From: a virus
Lineage: Duplodnaviria > Caudoviricetes
Direction: 5' to 3' (one strand)
Virus record (IMG/VR): IMGVR_UViG_3300049982_000159
Span: 1 to 44,812 of that record
Length of the DNA: 44,812 nucleotides
Shown in pieces: positions 43,595-44,812 of the stretch. A program made the translations under genes and the position numbers. How positions within the stretch are numbered: the first letter of the stretch is position 1; every line of letters begins with the position of its first letter. The notes beneath the pieces were generated by a model. That model did not search any database. It saw only the letters and a list, made by a program, of their open reading frames with translations, and was not told where the DNA came from.

Positions 43595-43782
43595 ACGCCG
43601 TCGCCGCCGCCACCGTCGAAGCTGCCCGCCTCATCGCCTACTACACCGCCATCCTCACCGGCACCGCACCCCACGATGGCCACTCCCGGAGGCAGGTCGG
43701 AAACGTCGTCCTGTGCGACTGCGGGGCCCGCGCGGTCGGGCAGATGACCAACCCCGAACCCACCGAAGGGCAGAACCCGTGA
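43591..43782 (+). CDS. hypothetical protein (63 aa)
   Basis: GTGA overlaps; H...CDCG. Confidence 0.6.
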   Translation: MNAVAAATVEAARLIAYYTAILTGTAPHDGHSRRQVGNVVLCDCGARAVGQMTNPEPTEGQNP

Positions 43783-44000
43783 CCACTCGCATCTACAAGA
43801 TTGTGATGACGCCGGAAGACACTGACGACCGCGTCGCCTACCTGATCGACAAGACCGGCGAGCCGCCCGTCACTGAGGACGACGCTGCCGACGCCTTCGA
43901 CACCATCCTGTGCAACAACGACGGCTACGAGCTGTCCTCGTTCGAGGAGATCGCCGAGAGCGATATCCCGGCCGATGCCCGCCCGTACCAGGTGGGCTGA
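43779..44000 (+). CDS. acidic hypothetical protein (73 aa)
   Basis: GTGA overlap, good codon usage. Confidence 0.6.
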   Translation: MTTRIYKIVMTPEDTDDRVAYLIDKTGEPPVTEDDAADAFDTILCNNDGYELSSFEEIAESDIPADARPYQVG

Positions 44001-44003
44001 CCC

Positions 44004-44812
44004 ATGACCGAACCGATGGCGAGTGAGCCGGCAGAGCCAACCACCCGACAGGACGAACGCGACTTGATCGAGGCGGGCCGCGTGATCTGCGACGCCTACA
44101 AGCGGTACGCCCCGGTGCCCGCGGTGCTGCGGTCGGAGGCGCCGAACATCGCGCGTGCACTGGCAGACCTCGGGTTGCTCGCCGACCCCGCACAGACCAC
44201 CGAACTGGAGCGACTGCGGGGCCAACTGGAGACGCTGCTGGATGAACTTGCCCAGGCCCAAGAGATCAACAACGGCTGGCAGGCCTACAAACACCGGAAG
44301 GTCAAGGAGCGACGGAAGGCAGAGTCTGAGCGGGATGCCCTGTCGTTGCTGTTGCGGGGGATGGCCCGGAAGCTGGTCGCCTACCGGAAGTGGGCCGACG
44401 GAGACGTCCCCACCGTCCACAAGCTACGGGCCGAACTCGACGGCGCACACCTGACGCTGGACACGATGGCTGGGCGACTGAACCAGGCCCGCGCAGAGCG
44501 GGAGGAGCGGCAAGCCCGCATTGACAGGGCGATGGTCGAGATCGCGGCGTGGTGGGGCACGACGCAGCGCGCGGACCGGGTGCTGATGGCCGTGAAGTCG
44601 ATCCTCAGCGACCTCAACCTCGCTGCCCTGGTGGGTGACCAGCCGCCCGCCGAGGCGACGTTGGAGTGCCCTCACTGCCGCAGCCTGATCCGTCCGGCGT
44701 CGGGCGCCATCACGCAGCTGGACGTCGACACCCACCTCGCCGCTTGCGGTCCCGCGCGGCAGTTTGCCCACGAGTGCGCTACCGCAGCCCTGTCCGGTGT
44801 TGCTCTTCGTGA
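44004..44812 (+). CDS. coiled-coil protein with C-terminal CPHC...H...C motif; continues across the junction to TGA at 165-167 (282 aa in total)
   Basis: ATG 44004 frame has no stop before the window end and, via the 127-bp overlap, ends at 167, overlapping the GTG at 164; absent from the ORF track. Confidence 0.8.
   Translation, partial: MTEPMASEPAEPTTRQDERDLIEAGRVICDAYKRYAPVPAVLRSEAPNIARALADLGLLADPAQTTELERLRGQLETLLDELAQAQEINNGWQAYKHRKVKERRKAESERDALSLLLRGMARKLVAYRKWADGDVPTVHKLRAELDGAHLTLDTMAGRLNQARAEREERQARIDRAMVEIAAWWGTTQRADRVLMAVKSILSDLNLAALVGDQPPAEATLECPHCRSLIRPASGAITQLDVDTHLAACGPARQFAHECATAALSGVALR
44686..44812 (+). repeat. Terminal overlap, identical to 1-127
   Basis: Exact match. Confidence 0.95.

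Overview
The window is an apparently complete, circular, high-GC temperate siphovirus genome of about 44,685 bp that infects an actinomycete. A filamentous host, possibly Pseudonocardiaceae, is inferred from the XRE/DUF397 pair and the tRNA-like attP. Bases 1-127 are repeated exactly at 44686-44812, and one ORF (44004 to 167) reads across that junction. Gene order: small early/middle genes and a Zn-finger/HTH regulator; a putative late promoter with a structured non-coding segment; HNH nuclease; an AT-rich cos-like region; terminase, portal, head and tail genes (with a -1 frameshifted chaperone and a 1249-aa tape measure); an amidase lysis cassette; three further tail genes; an accessory island (MmpS-like protein, RHH regulator with four palindromic operators, helical-hairpin ORF with an in-frame post-stop extension, XRE-DUF5753/DUF397 pair); attP (tRNA 3' half); tyrosine integrase; repressor/cro/xis switch; and a replication module (Rad52-like SSAP, HNH, C5 methyltransferase, WhiB, initiator with iterons). 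The most notable unexplained signals are: (i) a 19-bp element shared by the XRE/DUF397 promoter and the integrase-operon leader, (ii) the RHH-operator cassette with a possible stop-codon readthrough ORF, (iii) paired GCGAY-loop hairpins at the terS and scaffold ribosome-binding sites, (iv) a candidate small RNA between a promoter and a terminator-like hairpin, (v) a helically phased GATC array next to cos, and (vi) an extra beta-domain inserted in the major capsid protein. All functional calls come from motif recognition by eye; no searches were run.
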